A stretch of 64,000 nt of DNA from Prosthecobacter debontii (GTDB lineage: Bacteria > Verrucomicrobiota > Verrucomicrobiia > Verrucomicrobiales > Akkermansiaceae), in NCBI GenBank assembly GCA_945869465.1, contig CAMBPB010000002.1, positions 27,874 to 91,873 of the forward strand, written 5' to 3'. Numbering within the stretch: position 1 is the stretch's first letter; every line of letters begins with the position of its first letter. The position numbers and the translations under genes are program-made. The notes under the pieces are model-generated. The model did not search any database and was not told the DNA's origin. It saw only the letters and a program-made list of their open reading frames with translations. Below are positions 1 to 9,900 of this stretch, piece after piece.

Positions 1-598
1 AGGCGTCTTCCGTGAGCGCTGTGCCATCAAGGTATGGTGCGTCATCACTCCATGAGAAGGTGATGAAAGTGCGGCAGCCGTCCTGTTCGATAAGCCAGTC
101 GCCGATAAGCCATTGAAGAGCGATCAATTTTTCGCTTGCCGGAGCGTGGTCCCCGATCTCGTCGCGGACGCTCGCGGTGAGCCAGGTTCCATTTTCCTGT
201 TTGACCTGCACCGCGGTATCATAATGGGGGGCGACTTCGCCCGAGGATTTTGTGAGATGAAGGGTGCCATCCTCAATTGCGATGCAGGGAGTCACCAAAC
301 GGACCGAACCGGTCTCCAGCGCGGCTTTGGATTTTTCATCGCCGGAGAAAATCTCTGTGTAGAACTCGCGGATATCATCGCGTCCCGCGACCACCTCGCC
401 GTCGGCGAGGACGATTTCGCCGTCGGCAAGAAACATCTTCGCAAGCGCGTCCGGATCCTCCTTATTGTAGGCATTCACAAAGCTGGCTGCGTTCGCCGCC
501 AGAGCCTCAAGTTTCGATTTGTTGGGGTCCTCTTGCTGGGCGGGAGCGAATGTCGCGGTGAGAAGGACCAGTGCAAGGTGCTGAATGAATACTTTCAT
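1..598 (-). CDS. Secreted NTF2-like/SnoaL (DUF4440, SgcJ/EcaC-like) protein, 3' end runs off the window
   Basis: Translated by hand from ATG at 598 (GAGG upstream): MKVFIQHLALVLLTATFAPAQQ (signal peptide), then ASFVNAYNKEDPDALAKMFLADGEIV...LQWLIGDW. Frame stays open to position 1, so it is missing from the ORF track. Confidence 0.75.
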   Translation of the reverse strand, partial: MKVFIQHLALVLLTATFAPAQQEDPNKSKLEALAANAASFVNAYNKEDPDALAKMFLADGEIVLADGEVVAGRDDIREFYTEIFSGDEKSKAALETGSVRLVTPCIAIEDGTLHLTKSSGEVAPHYDTAVQVKQENGTWLTASVRDEIGDHAPASEKLIALQWLIGDWLIEQDGCRTFITFSWSDDAPYLDGTALTEDA

Positions 599-747
599 GA
601 CTTTCCTCAGTGGAGGTAGGAATCTCGTCGCCTTTAAAAACAGCCATCCTAAAATAATTCGTCATCAGAAAAAAATCAAGAGAGCATCTGGTCGCAGGAC
701 GGAGCGGGGTTTTACACCGCGGGAGTCAGGTGCCGCGTGAGGTACCT

Positions 748-1194
748 TTACATGGAAGGTTTTGGTTTTGCCTTCATGAGACGCCGGATTCCACGAAGCA
801 CCCAGCCGATGAATGGAAACTCGTCATCCATGGCAAACGACGCATCCCAATGATCGTGTTGCACCGCCACACGGCCGTCCTGGGCGAATTTCAGATGGCT
901 GGTGCCGGTGATGACGTGTTCTTTGCCGCGGAATTCATAGCGCAAGGTCCACAGCAGGAAACCGGTTCGCTCGTCACCATGGGCATCCGTCACGGTCATC
1001 GAAACGCGGCATTTTTTCCCGAAGAGATCCTCATAGATCCCGCGCAGGGCGGCCATCCCGCGAACTTGGTGGATCGGATCCTGAAAATCCACCGCCGGGG
1101 AATAGATGTCTCCTAAATTGTCGAGTTTCCCGCGTGACAAGCCGTTGAAGAATCCGGCGACGGCGGTCATCGAGTCGGGGCAGTGCAAAGCCAT
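748..1194 (-). CDS. SnoaL-like / nuclear transport factor 2 family protein
   Basis: DIYSPAVDFQDPIHQVRG and QHDHWDAS motifs. Start uncertain (1170, 1194 or 1248). Confidence 0.75.
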   Translation of the reverse strand: MALHCPDSMTAVAGFFNGLSRGKLDNLGDIYSPAVDFQDPIHQVRGMAALRGIYEDLFGKKCRVSMTVTDAHGDERTGFLLWTLRYEFRGKEHVITGTSHLKFAQDGRVAVQHDHWDASFAMDDEFPFIGWVLRGIRRLMKAKPKPSM

Positions 1195-1267
1195 GGCGGA
1201 TGAAACCATGATTTTGGCGGATTGGAACCCACGATTTGCTGCGCTCAATCGCGCGAAAACGGCTGCG

Positions 1268-1987
1268 TCACCAACCGAAGATCAGCGGCGGCACGACGAT
1301 GCGGACATTGCCGCCCTGATGATCCTCGCTCTCTTCGACCGCAGTGACCACGTCATCCTTGAACTCCACCGCGGTCCGGCTTTTCTCCACTTGGGTGATG
1401 TGGGAAAACTGTCGGTAGACCCCGCCGGTGACGGGATCGACACGGGTGGTGTAGTGTTTGATTTGCTCGTAGTCGATGTATTCCCAGCGGCCAGATTGTC
1501 CTTTTTCGGTCTTGCGAAGGCTGGTCTTGGTGGGCTTGCCGCGGGACCGGGAAATTTCGTCAAGAGTCATGCCCACTGCGACTTGTTTGGCCTGGATCAG
1601 GGCTTGGACTTGGAGTTGGCGGTCATAGAGATCTTTGAGATGCACCACGAACTGTGGATCCTTCGAGGTAAACGCCCACGGGGCGACCCATCCGGCGATT
1701 CCGTCGCGCGTGCCTTGACCGCGGACCCGGTAGATGTTGTCCGTGATGGCCTCAAGGCGGGCGGTTTGATTGGCCTTGAGGGTTCCGAGGCGGATTTTGC
1801 CTTCCTTGTCGGAAAAGACCGGAGCTTCCTTGATCACCTTGAGGTCGATCGGTTTGGTCATGGTTTGGTCCAAATAAACCACGTCCGGATCGGTATCCAA
1901 CAGGGATTTTCGTGTTCCGCGCTTCGACTCGGCAGAGAGCGGCAGGACCAGGCAGGCGGCGATCAACAGTCTCATTGCCAGCTTCAT
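1268..1987 (-). CDS. Secreted hypothetical protein with a possible SH3-like segment
   Basis: Signal peptide MKLAMRLLIAACLVLPLSA; RLGTLKANQ...YRVRGQG...IAGWV resembles a bacterial SH3 domain. Confidence 0.7.
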   Translation of the reverse strand: MKLAMRLLIAACLVLPLSAESKRGTRKSLLDTDPDVVYLDQTMTKPIDLKVIKEAPVFSDKEGKIRLGTLKANQTARLEAITDNIYRVRGQGTRDGIAGWVAPWAFTSKDPQFVVHLKDLYDRQLQVQALIQAKQVAVGMTLDEISRSRGKPTKTSLRKTEKGQSGRWEYIDYEQIKHYTTRVDPVTGGVYRQFSHITQVEKSRTAVEFKDDVVTAVEESEDHQGGNVRIVVPPLIFGW

Positions 1988-2119
1988 GTGAGGAACGATA
2001 ACGGGTTTTTTGAAAAACGGAACCATGATTGTAAATGGACTCGGGTATTCGGGTGATTATTCATGGGAAATCCACTCTTCGCGATTGGCCGGTTGCCGAT
2101 TTTGGTTCAGAATGCGTGC

Positions 2120-3409
2120 ATGAATTCACCCGGTCCGCTCTCGAAGAAGTTGTTCGCTGTTGCCAAGGAGTTCATCCCTGGTGGGGTGAATTCGCCTGTC
2201 CGTGCTTTTCGTAACGTTGGCGGCGAGCCGTTTTTCGTGCGCCGCGCGGCTGGCAGCCGGATTGAGGACATCGATGGCAAGACCTACATCGACTACATCG
2301 GTTCGTGGGGCCCGAACATTCTCGGCCATGCGCCGGTGGTCATCACCAATACCATCCATGAAGTCGCCAAGAGCGGCATCTCCTTCGGCATCCCCAATCC
2401 GTTTGAAGTCGAAATGGCCCGCACGATCTGCGGTTGGGTGCCCTCGGTGGAAAAGGTCCGCATGTGCAACTCTGGCACCGAGGCCACGATGTCGGCCATC
2501 CGCCTTGCCCGCGGATTTACGAAACGCGACCTGATCGTGAAATTCGACGGCTGTTATCACGGCCACAGTGACTCGCTGCTCGTTGCTGCCGGTTCCGGCG
2601 CGCTGACCCACGGCGAGCCCGATTCCGCCGGGGTTCCCAAAGCCTTTGCGGAAAAAACCCTGGTGCTGCCTTACAATGATGCCGAGGCACTCGAAACGCT
2701 CTTCGCCGCCCGCGGAGAGCAAATCGCCGCCATCATCGTCGAGTCCTACCCTGCCAACGCCGGTCTCGTGTTTCCAAGACCCGGCTATTTGAATCGGCTC
2801 TCCGCCATCACGAAACAGCACGGCGCCCTGCTCATCTTCGACGAAGTCATGACCGGCTTCCGCCTCGGCAAGGCCGGCGTGCAGGGACTTGAAAATCTAA
2901 CGCCGGATCTTTCCTGTTTCGGCAAGGTCATCGGCGGCGGCTTGCCGGTCGGTGCCTTCGGCGGCCGCGCCGACGTGATGGACATGCTCGCTCCCGACGG
3001 CCCGGTCTATCAGGCAGGCACCTTATCTGGCAACCCGCTCGCCATGGCCGCCGGACTGGCCCAGCTTAAGGAACTTTCCAAACCCTCCGGCTTCCCGCGC
3101 CTCGAACAACTCGGCGCCCACTTCGAAGCCGGCCTGCGCGAGTTACTCGCGGAAAAAGGCGTGCCGCATCGTTTGAACCGCGTCGGCTCGATGTTCTGTT
3201 TGTTCTTTACCGATCGCGAAATCGTCAACGTTTCCGACGTGATGAAGCAGGACCTCGGGTTTTTCAAAAAGTTTTTCTGGGGCTGCCTCGACAAGGGTAT
3301 CTACCTCGCGCCAAGCCCCTACGAAACCGGCTTCCTCTCTCTCGCCCATACCGAAGCGGATCTCGACGACACGCTATCGGTCTTTCGCGAGGTGCTGACC
3401 GGGATCTGA
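2120..3409 (+). CDS. hemL: Glutamate-1-semialdehyde 2,1-aminomutase
   Basis: IPGGVNSPVRAF, NSGTEATMSAIRLARGFT, FDEVMTGFR, FGKVIGGGLPVGA. Confidence 0.97.
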   Translation: MNSPGPLSKKLFAVAKEFIPGGVNSPVRAFRNVGGEPFFVRRAAGSRIEDIDGKTYIDYIGSWGPNILGHAPVVITNTIHEVAKSGISFGIPNPFEVEMARTICGWVPSVEKVRMCNSGTEATMSAIRLARGFTKRDLIVKFDGCYHGHSDSLLVAAGSGALTHGEPDSAGVPKAFAEKTLVLPYNDAEALETLFAARGEQIAAIIVESYPANAGLVFPRPGYLNRLSAITKQHGALLIFDEVMTGFRLGKAGVQGLENLTPDLSCFGKVIGGGLPVGAFGGRADVMDMLAPDGPVYQAGTLSGNPLAMAAGLAQLKELSKPSGFPRLEQLGAHFEAGLRELLAEKGVPHRLNRVGSMFCLFFTDREIVNVSDVMKQDLGFFKKFFWGCLDKGIYLAPSPYETGFLSLAHTEADLDDTLSVFREVLTGI

Positions 3410-3415
3410 TCGAGC

Positions 3416-4495
3416 TCACTTAAAAACCGCTAGAACCGGCCGATGGTCGGAAGCTTCGCTCCATGACGGATCGTCGATGATGCGGGAGGTCTTGAAGTCC
3501 ACCTCGGGTTTAAGCATGCGGGTGACAGTGATGTAATCGAACCGCGAGTAGGTGTCATGCAAGGCCCAGTGATGAGTCCATGCCTCGCCACGCGAGTCTT
3601 TGGCGGGAATTGCAGTGAGATAGCCGGGATCGTTGTAATTTCCGGTCACCGTCCGGAAGGCCTTGCTCGGGCGCGTGTCGTTAAAATCGCCATACACGAT
3701 CAGGCGGGCGTTCGTGTCGGTTAGAAGGATCGCGTCCACGTGGTGGCGCAGCAAGCGGGCCTCGTGAATCCGCATCTCCTCCTGATCGGCTTCCTCGACC
3801 TCGCGTTTGGATTTCAAATGTACGCCGAGAAACCGATAGGACTTACCGCGTGCGCGGATGGTGGCATCGAGGATTCCGCGGTTGATGGCAAAGGTCCGGC
3901 CTTTGAGTTGGTAATCGACCTCAGCGGGTTTCGCCCTCGAGGTGATCGGAAAGCGGGATAACAGCCCGAGATGGCGGATGGGGTCGGACCCGCCGGTGTA
4001 GAGCACATGGGGCAGGTCAAGCCCGGCGGCTTTGAGGGAATTCTGAATTTCCGCCAGATCCCCGGCCTCGCCGATTTCGCAGAGGCCGACGATGTCCGGC
4101 GAGTGGCTCACCAGAATGTCGATGACCGCCTGTTTCTCCGCAGCGGGTTTGGGGGCGTTTTGCGAGGGCTTCTGGTCAGTAAAGCGGTCCATGGTCAGCC
4201 AGTTTTCCACGTTGTAGGCGATGAATCGCAGTCCCTCCGTGGAGGGCGGTGCCACGGCTGAGGGTGGGGCTTGCGCAGTTGTGGTCCGTCCGGAGACCGG
4301 TTTTGCAACGACGGAGTTGGAAACTTCGGCAACCGCGGGTTTTCCCACTTCCTCGCGGCCCCATTCGGGGGTGCCGGTCTTTTTGCCGCAGGACGTGAAC
4401 CAGAGCGCAAGGGCACCAACGAAAACGGCCCCGGTAAACCCCGGGGCACGCTTTGCAAGGAGACCGGAAAACCGCCCTTGGCTCATGAAAATCAA
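3416..4495 (-). CDS. Endonuclease/exonuclease/phosphatase family lipoprotein
   Basis: Lipobox-like WFTSC; IAYNVEN, GLCEI, VHLKS, GDFND, SDHRPV. Confidence 0.88.
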   Translation of the reverse strand: MIFMSQGRFSGLLAKRAPGFTGAVFVGALALWFTSCGKKTGTPEWGREEVGKPAVAEVSNSVVAKPVSGRTTTAQAPPSAVAPPSTEGLRFIAYNVENWLTMDRFTDQKPSQNAPKPAAEKQAVIDILVSHSPDIVGLCEIGEAGDLAEIQNSLKAAGLDLPHVLYTGGSDPIRHLGLLSRFPITSRAKPAEVDYQLKGRTFAINRGILDATIRARGKSYRFLGVHLKSKREVEEADQEEMRIHEARLLRHHVDAILLTDTNARLIVYGDFNDTRPSKAFRTVTGNYNDPGYLTAIPAKDSRGEAWTHHWALHDTYSRFDYITVTRMLKPEVDFKTSRIIDDPSWSEASDHRPVLAVFK

Positions 4496-4704
4496 GTGTC
4501 TTGGGGCTCCTTGCCAGGAGCATCCTTCACCCTCACGTCGGTCTCGCCGCGGGTGATCTCCTTTTCAAAATCGTCACGGGCTTTTTTGAATTCCCCCATG
4601 CTTTTGCCGATTCCGCGGGCGAGTTCCGGCAGTTTTTTGGCTCCGAAGAGCAACAGGATCACGACAAAAATCATGATCATTTCAGGCATTCCGATGGGTC
4701 CCAT
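4492..4704 (-). CDS. tatA: Twin-arginine translocase TatA/TatE subunit
   Basis: MGPIGMPEMIMIFVVILLLFGAKKLPELARGIGKSMGEFKK (70 aa). Confidence 0.93.
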   Translation of the reverse strand: MGPIGMPEMIMIFVVILLLFGAKKLPELARGIGKSMGEFKKARDDFEKEITRGETDVRVKDAPGKEPQDT

Positions 4705-5010
4705 AAGTTGATTGGTGTTGTTGAGAAAACCGTAAACCCGCTTCCGGGGCGGCGCAACGCATTTACCGGGAAACATTTTCTGATCTTTCAGAGGCCCCCG
4801 CCTGCTTGCCGGCCGGCCCACCCCGGTATGCACCGCAGGCGGCGCCGCGCCCACATTATCAAACCGATCATCCGCTCCGCGTGCCCTGCATCTCAGCGCT
4901 GCGAGCGGTGCTTGGCCGGTTGGATTGGCTGCAAACAAATCCCGTCCCGGCATTGACGCCGAGGGCTTGTTCGGGTGAGATTCCGCACCCGCCCGCCGGC
5001 GGCGCCTGCC

Positions 5011-6177
5011 ATGGACTATCAAGCGAAAATCGCCCGCAACGTTGCCTCAATCCCACGCTCGGGAATCCGCGACTTTTTCGAACTCGTACAGGGCCGCGAC
5101 GATGTGATCTCGCTCGGCGTCGGGGAACCGGACTTCGCCACGCCCTGGCACATCCGGGAGGCGGCCATCTACTCGCTCGAAAAGGGCCAGACCACCTACA
5201 CCTCGAATCTCGGTCTGCTTTCACTGCGGAAATCCATCGCCCGCTACGTGTCGGACTTCTTTGGCGTGGCCTACGACCCCGCCCGCGAGGTATTGGTGAC
5301 GGTGGGCGTTTCGGAAGCCATCGACATCGGCCTGCGCGCCCTGCTCAATCCTGGCGACGAGGTGATTTATCACGAACCCTGCTACGTTTCCTACAGCCCG
5401 AGCATCGTGATGGCCCATGGCGTGGCGGTTCCGGTGGTCACCACCAAGGAGGACGGCTTCTCGCTGAAACCGGCGAACGTCGCGGCGGCCATCACGCCGA
5501 AAACGCGTTTGATCATGCTCAATTTCCCTACCAATCCGACGGGTGCCTGCGCCTCGCGGGAGGATTTGGAGGGCATCGCCAAACTCGCCATTGAACACGA
5601 TCTGATCGTGATGACCGATGAAATCTACAGTGAGCTCCGCTATGACGGCGAAGCCCACCTCTCGATCGCCGCGTTGCCCGGCATGCGGGAGCGGACGATT
5701 TTGCTGCATGGCTTTTCCAAGGCCTTCGCGATGACCGGCTTTCGCCTCGGTTATGCCTGCGCGCCGCAGCCGATCATCGAGGCGATGATGAAAATCCACC
5801 AGTACTCGATGCTGTGCGCGCCGATCATGAGCCAGAACGCCGCAATCGAGGCGCTGGAAAACGGCAGGCCCGCGATGTTGGAAATGCGTAACAGTTACCA
5901 CCAGCGCCGCGATTTCCTCGTCCGCCGGCTCAACGAGATCGGCCTCGATTGCCACCTGCCGGGCGGTGCTTTCTATGTGTTTCCGGACATCCGCAGCAGC
6001 GGGCTCACCAGCAAGGAGTTCGCCATGAAACTTTTGGAGCAGGAGAGCGTGGCCTGCGTGCCCGGAAGCGCGTTCGGTGCCTCCGGCGAGGGTTTCCTCC
6101 GCTGCTGTTATGCCACCGCCTTCGATGACATCCGCACGGCCACCGACAAGATCGAAAGTTTTGTCGGGCGACTCTGA
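5011..6177 (+). CDS. PLP-dependent aminotransferase, class I/II
   Basis: SLGVGEPDF, NFPTNPTG, DEIYSEL, GFSKAFAMTGFRLG. Confidence 0.93.
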   Translation: MDYQAKIARNVASIPRSGIRDFFELVQGRDDVISLGVGEPDFATPWHIREAAIYSLEKGQTTYTSNLGLLSLRKSIARYVSDFFGVAYDPAREVLVTVGVSEAIDIGLRALLNPGDEVIYHEPCYVSYSPSIVMAHGVAVPVVTTKEDGFSLKPANVAAAITPKTRLIMLNFPTNPTGACASREDLEGIAKLAIEHDLIVMTDEIYSELRYDGEAHLSIAALPGMRERTILLHGFSKAFAMTGFRLGYACAPQPIIEAMMKIHQYSMLCAPIMSQNAAIEALENGRPAMLEMRNSYHQRRDFLVRRLNEIGLDCHLPGGAFYVFPDIRSSGLTSKEFAMKLLEQESVACVPGSAFGASGEGFLRCCYATAFDDIRTATDKIESFVGRL

Positions 6178-6183
6178 ACCGAC

Positions 6184-6951
6184 ATGAGCGAACCGGCGCC
6201 GGTCAAGGATTTCGCCCGTCTCACGCTGGCACATGTGGTGCCTTTCGCGGTGTTCATGGGATTCATGGTCGTGCTCCAACTCGTTGCCGTGAAGATCGAG
6301 TGGAAACACCCGGACGCGCCGTGGTGGCGTCAGGATCCGGCGCATTTCATTTATCCGATCCAGACGCTCGTGATGCTTGCTCTCCTGCTTCGCTACCGGA
6401 AATGTTATGCCTTCCAATGGTCGTGGAAGTGGGTTCTAACCGCAATTGCCTTCGGCGCGGCGGGCATTGGATTCTGGCTGCTGCCGACGACGTTGTATGA
6501 TCATTGGGGACTGACTGGAAAGACGACGGGTGTGATGAAACTGCTTGGCGTTGCGGCGCGGCGCGAGGGGTTTGATCCTGGGATTTTCGAAAATCCAGCG
6601 GCGTATTGGTTGGCCGTCGGGTTGCGATTCCTGCGCGCGGTGGTGGTGGTGGCACTCGTCGAGGAGATTTTCTGGCGGGGATTTCTCATGCGCTTCGTGG
6701 GCGATTGGGAAGGGGACTATTGGCAACAACCCTTCGGCCGGGCGACGTGGAAATCCTATCTCATCGTCACGGTTTTGTTCATGGTGGCGCACGCGCCGAT
6801 CGACTACGCCGGGGCTTTCGTCTATGGCAGCCTCACCTATCTTCTTTGCATCTGGAGCAAGAGCCTCGGTGCCTGTGTCATCATGCACGCCACCGCCAAT
6901 CTGCTGATGGGGCTTTATGTGATGGCCTATGGCAAGAACGGCTTGTGGTGA
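6184..6951 (+). CDS. CAAX prenyl protease-related (CPBP family) intramembrane metalloprotease
   Basis: Multiple TM segments; VEEIFWRGFLMR, FMVAH and HATAN motifs. Confidence 0.88.
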   Translation: MSEPAPVKDFARLTLAHVVPFAVFMGFMVVLQLVAVKIEWKHPDAPWWRQDPAHFIYPIQTLVMLALLLRYRKCYAFQWSWKWVLTAIAFGAAGIGFWLLPTTLYDHWGLTGKTTGVMKLLGVAARREGFDPGIFENPAAYWLAVGLRFLRAVVVVALVEEIFWRGFLMRFVGDWEGDYWQQPFGRATWKSYLIVTVLFMVAHAPIDYAGAFVYGSLTYLLCIWSKSLGACVIMHATANLLMGLYVMAYGKNGLW

Positions 6952-6954
6952 GAC

Positions 6955-9900
6955 TCAGGAGAAATACCGCACGCCTGCCGCGAATACCGGCTGGTGTTTT
7001 GCCCCGGGGATGTTCTTGGCGACGTGAGTGCCGGCGCGCTCGCTGTGGCCCATCTTGCCCAAGACCCGGCCGCAGGGGCTGGTGATGCCTTCGATGGCGG
7101 CGAGCGAACCGTTCGGATTGGTGGCGATGTCCATCGAGGGAACGCCGCTGGGATCGCAATACTGAGTGGCGATCTGGTGGTTTTTTGCAAGTTCGGCGAT
7201 CACTTCCCCGCTGGCTAGGAATTTTCCTTCGCCATGGGAAAGCGGAATGGTGTGGATGTCTCCGACGTTGCTGTTGGAAAGCCACGGAGACAGCGTGCTG
7301 ACGATCCGGGTGTTCGCGTAGCAGGAAATGTGGCGGCCGATGTCGTTGTGGACGAGGGTCGGGGCGTCCTCCGATGGATTGCGGATTTCGCCATAGGGCA
7401 CGAGGCCGGTTTTGATGAGAGCTTGGAAACCATTGCAAATGCCCAGGATCAGACCGTCGCGGTTTCTGAGCAGGTCCATGATGGCATCGGCCACACGCGG
7501 GCTGCGGATGATGGTGGCGATGAATTTGGCGGAACCGTCGGGCTCATCGCCGGCGCTGAATCCACCGGGAAACATCAGGATTTGCGAGTGGTGGATTTCC
7601 CGCGCCAGGGCGCCGAGGGATTCCTCGATGTGGCGTGCGGATAGATTGCGGAAGACCAGGATTTCAGCAGCGGCCCCGGCCTGGCGGAAGGCCTTGGCAG
7701 AATCGTATTCGGAGTTGGTGCCGGGGAAGGTGGGGATTAAGACCTTCGGTTTTGCGTGAGCAGTGGGCAGTGAGCGGTGAGCAGTGGAAGAGCTGAAGAA
7801 GGAGACATCCATGCTCTCAACTCTCCGCTCTGCGCTCTCCGCTCTTGTTGGATAGACGGGCTCAAGGGTGGCGGTCCAGGCGGTTTGGAGATCGGCTAGG
7901 GAATGGATTTCTCCGTTGAGCACGAGGGTGGGATCGGTGGTGGTGTGGCCGAGAGTTTGGGAGCTGAGGGATTCAGGAAGCGGCTCGCTGTGTTCGATGA
8001 GGAATGCGAAGTAGCGCTCGGTGAAGAGGGGTGTGGATGAAACGTCCTCGCTTCTTAGGCCGATGCCGTTGCCGAAGGCCATTTTGGCGAGGGCGGCGGC
8101 CAGCCCGCAGCGGCCGATGTGGTGGAGGGAGAGCAGTTTGCCTCCGACGTTGAGCTGGTGGAGTTGCTCCGAGGTTTGTTTGAGTTTCTCAAAATCGGGG
8201 AGATGATCGGCGTCGCGCGGGACTTCGACGAGGGAGACGGTGGAGCCGGGTTGCTTGAACTCCGGTGAGAGGGCGAGGCTGGCCTTGCCGGGGGCTAGGG
8301 CGAAGGAAACGAGGGTGGGGGGAACGTCGAGCTCGTTGAACGAGCCCGACATCGAGTCCTTGCCGCCGATGGCGGCCAGGCGCAGCGAGTGCTGGGCGTG
8401 AAAGGCACCTAACAATGCGGCGAAAGGCATGCCCCACCGGGTGGGATGATTGCCGAGCTTGGGAAAATACTCCTGCAGGGTCAGGCGGATGTCGCGGAGT
8501 CGGGCCCCGGCGGCAACGGCCTTGCAGACCGATTCGGTGACGGCGTAAACCGCGCCGTGAAACGGGGATTTTTCGGATAGAGAGGGATCGAAGCCCCAGC
8601 TCATGTAGGTGCAGACATCGGTGTCGCCTTCCAATAGCGGCAACTTGGCGACCATCGCGTCGGGTGGCGTGAGTTGGTTGTTGCCTCCGAAAGGCCACAG
8701 CACGGTGCCCGCGCCGACCGAGCCGTCGAAGATTCCGCCGAGGCCTTTTTGAGAGCAGATGTTGAGGGAAGACAAGTGCTCCGCGAGCGGTGATCGGTGA
8801 GCTGGGGATGAGAAGAGGGCCTGGCGGTGGGAAACCGCCGCCACGGGGGAGGGCGCGGGGAAATCGGCAGGACGTTGATAGATAACGGGATCGATGAACA
8901 GCAGAGTCTCGCCGTCCGCGGCCACAAGCACGTTTTCGTTGTGAAGTTCTTCCACGAAAAGGTCGAGTGATGGCAGATAGTAATCGTCGTTGCGGAAGCG
9001 GAAGGCTCCATATGCAGCGGCCATTTCCCGTTCGACCTGACTGCGGGTGGCTCCCATGGGTTGTCCCGAGATATCCTTCCGGGTTCTTACGGCTTGCTGG
9101 CTGACGACGAATGCGATCGCGCAATCATCCTCGGTCAGGCCTTCGATGGTGTAGGCGGTTTCGGGGAAGAGCAGACGATGGAGATGCAGCCGCTCAAGGT
9201 ATTGCAGCCAGTGGCCGTGATAGCTGCCGTTGTTGATCTTGCGGAAATGGCGGCCATCGGCAGTCGGGAATACCTTTTGTTCCGCGCCGCCGAGTTCACC
9301 GGCACGCTTCCACCGGGCGTCGAGTCCGGTGGAATCAAGCCACAGATTTTTCAGGCCGCGGAGTTCGCGTTCCTCGATGGAACGCAGGGCTCGTTCGAAA
9401 TCGAGGCGTCCTTGGCGGTCTCCTGGCAGCGGAGTGCCAGTTTTTTGGCCTGCTCGATGCACTCTTCGTAAGACATCGGCGATTGTTTCGCCAACGCTGC
9501 CAAGGCTTTCTCGGAACGTTGGCGATGCGCTTCGCTCAAGTAGGGTTGCGGTGTGTTCATGATTGGATGTTACGCTGGGTGTTAAGGTGAGGGAAGGCGG
9601 CGGGCAGGATGCCCCCGCCACGTGGATCTTGGCGGTTTGTTGCACGCCGTTGGTGTCGAGGAAGGCGCGGGAGAGATTGACGATGGTCTTGCCGCGCCAG
9701 GTCATCACGAGGCGGCCGGTGTCGGTCACCTTGGCGACTTGGACGCACTCCAGGTTTTCCAGGTCGGCCTCGCGGATGAAGTAGTCGATTTGCGAGGGAT
9801 CCACGCAGACGGCCATCCGTTCCTGGGATTCGGAGATGGCGAGTTCGGTGCCGTCGAGGCCATCGTATTTTTTCGGAACCGCATCGAGATTGATTTCGAG

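Larger units (their letters stand above)
8784..9621 (-). mobile_element. In-frame cassette in purL: kinase-like (Kinase-PolyVal-like) domain bracketed by REP-like hairpins
   Basis: Separates PurL ...NGVQQTAKIH from LAEHLSSLNICSQKGL. Contains LGGAEQKVF, YLERLHLHRLLFPETAY, DDYYLPSLDLFVEELHNENVL, LFIDPVIY. Confidence 0.7.

Noticed and set aside
113-619. 168-aa plus-strand ORF
   Set aside because: Antisense shadow of the minus-strand NTF2-like gene (1-598).
1106-2056. Long plus-strand ORF, and many similar antisense ORFs across the window (e.g. 9557-11170, 20459-21616, 31781-33124, 39159-40535)
   Set aside because: They mirror well-supported genes, which is expected in high-GC DNA, and show no family motifs.
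7757-7846. CRISPR array
   Set aside because: Units are 7 nt with no spacers, and there are no cas genes; no CRISPR-like array was seen anywhere in the window.
8784-9621. Intein or group I/II intron in purL
   Set aside because: No N-terminal Cys/Ser block paired with a C-terminal His-Asn, no LAGLIDADG or reverse-transcriptase motifs, and no recognisable intron structure.
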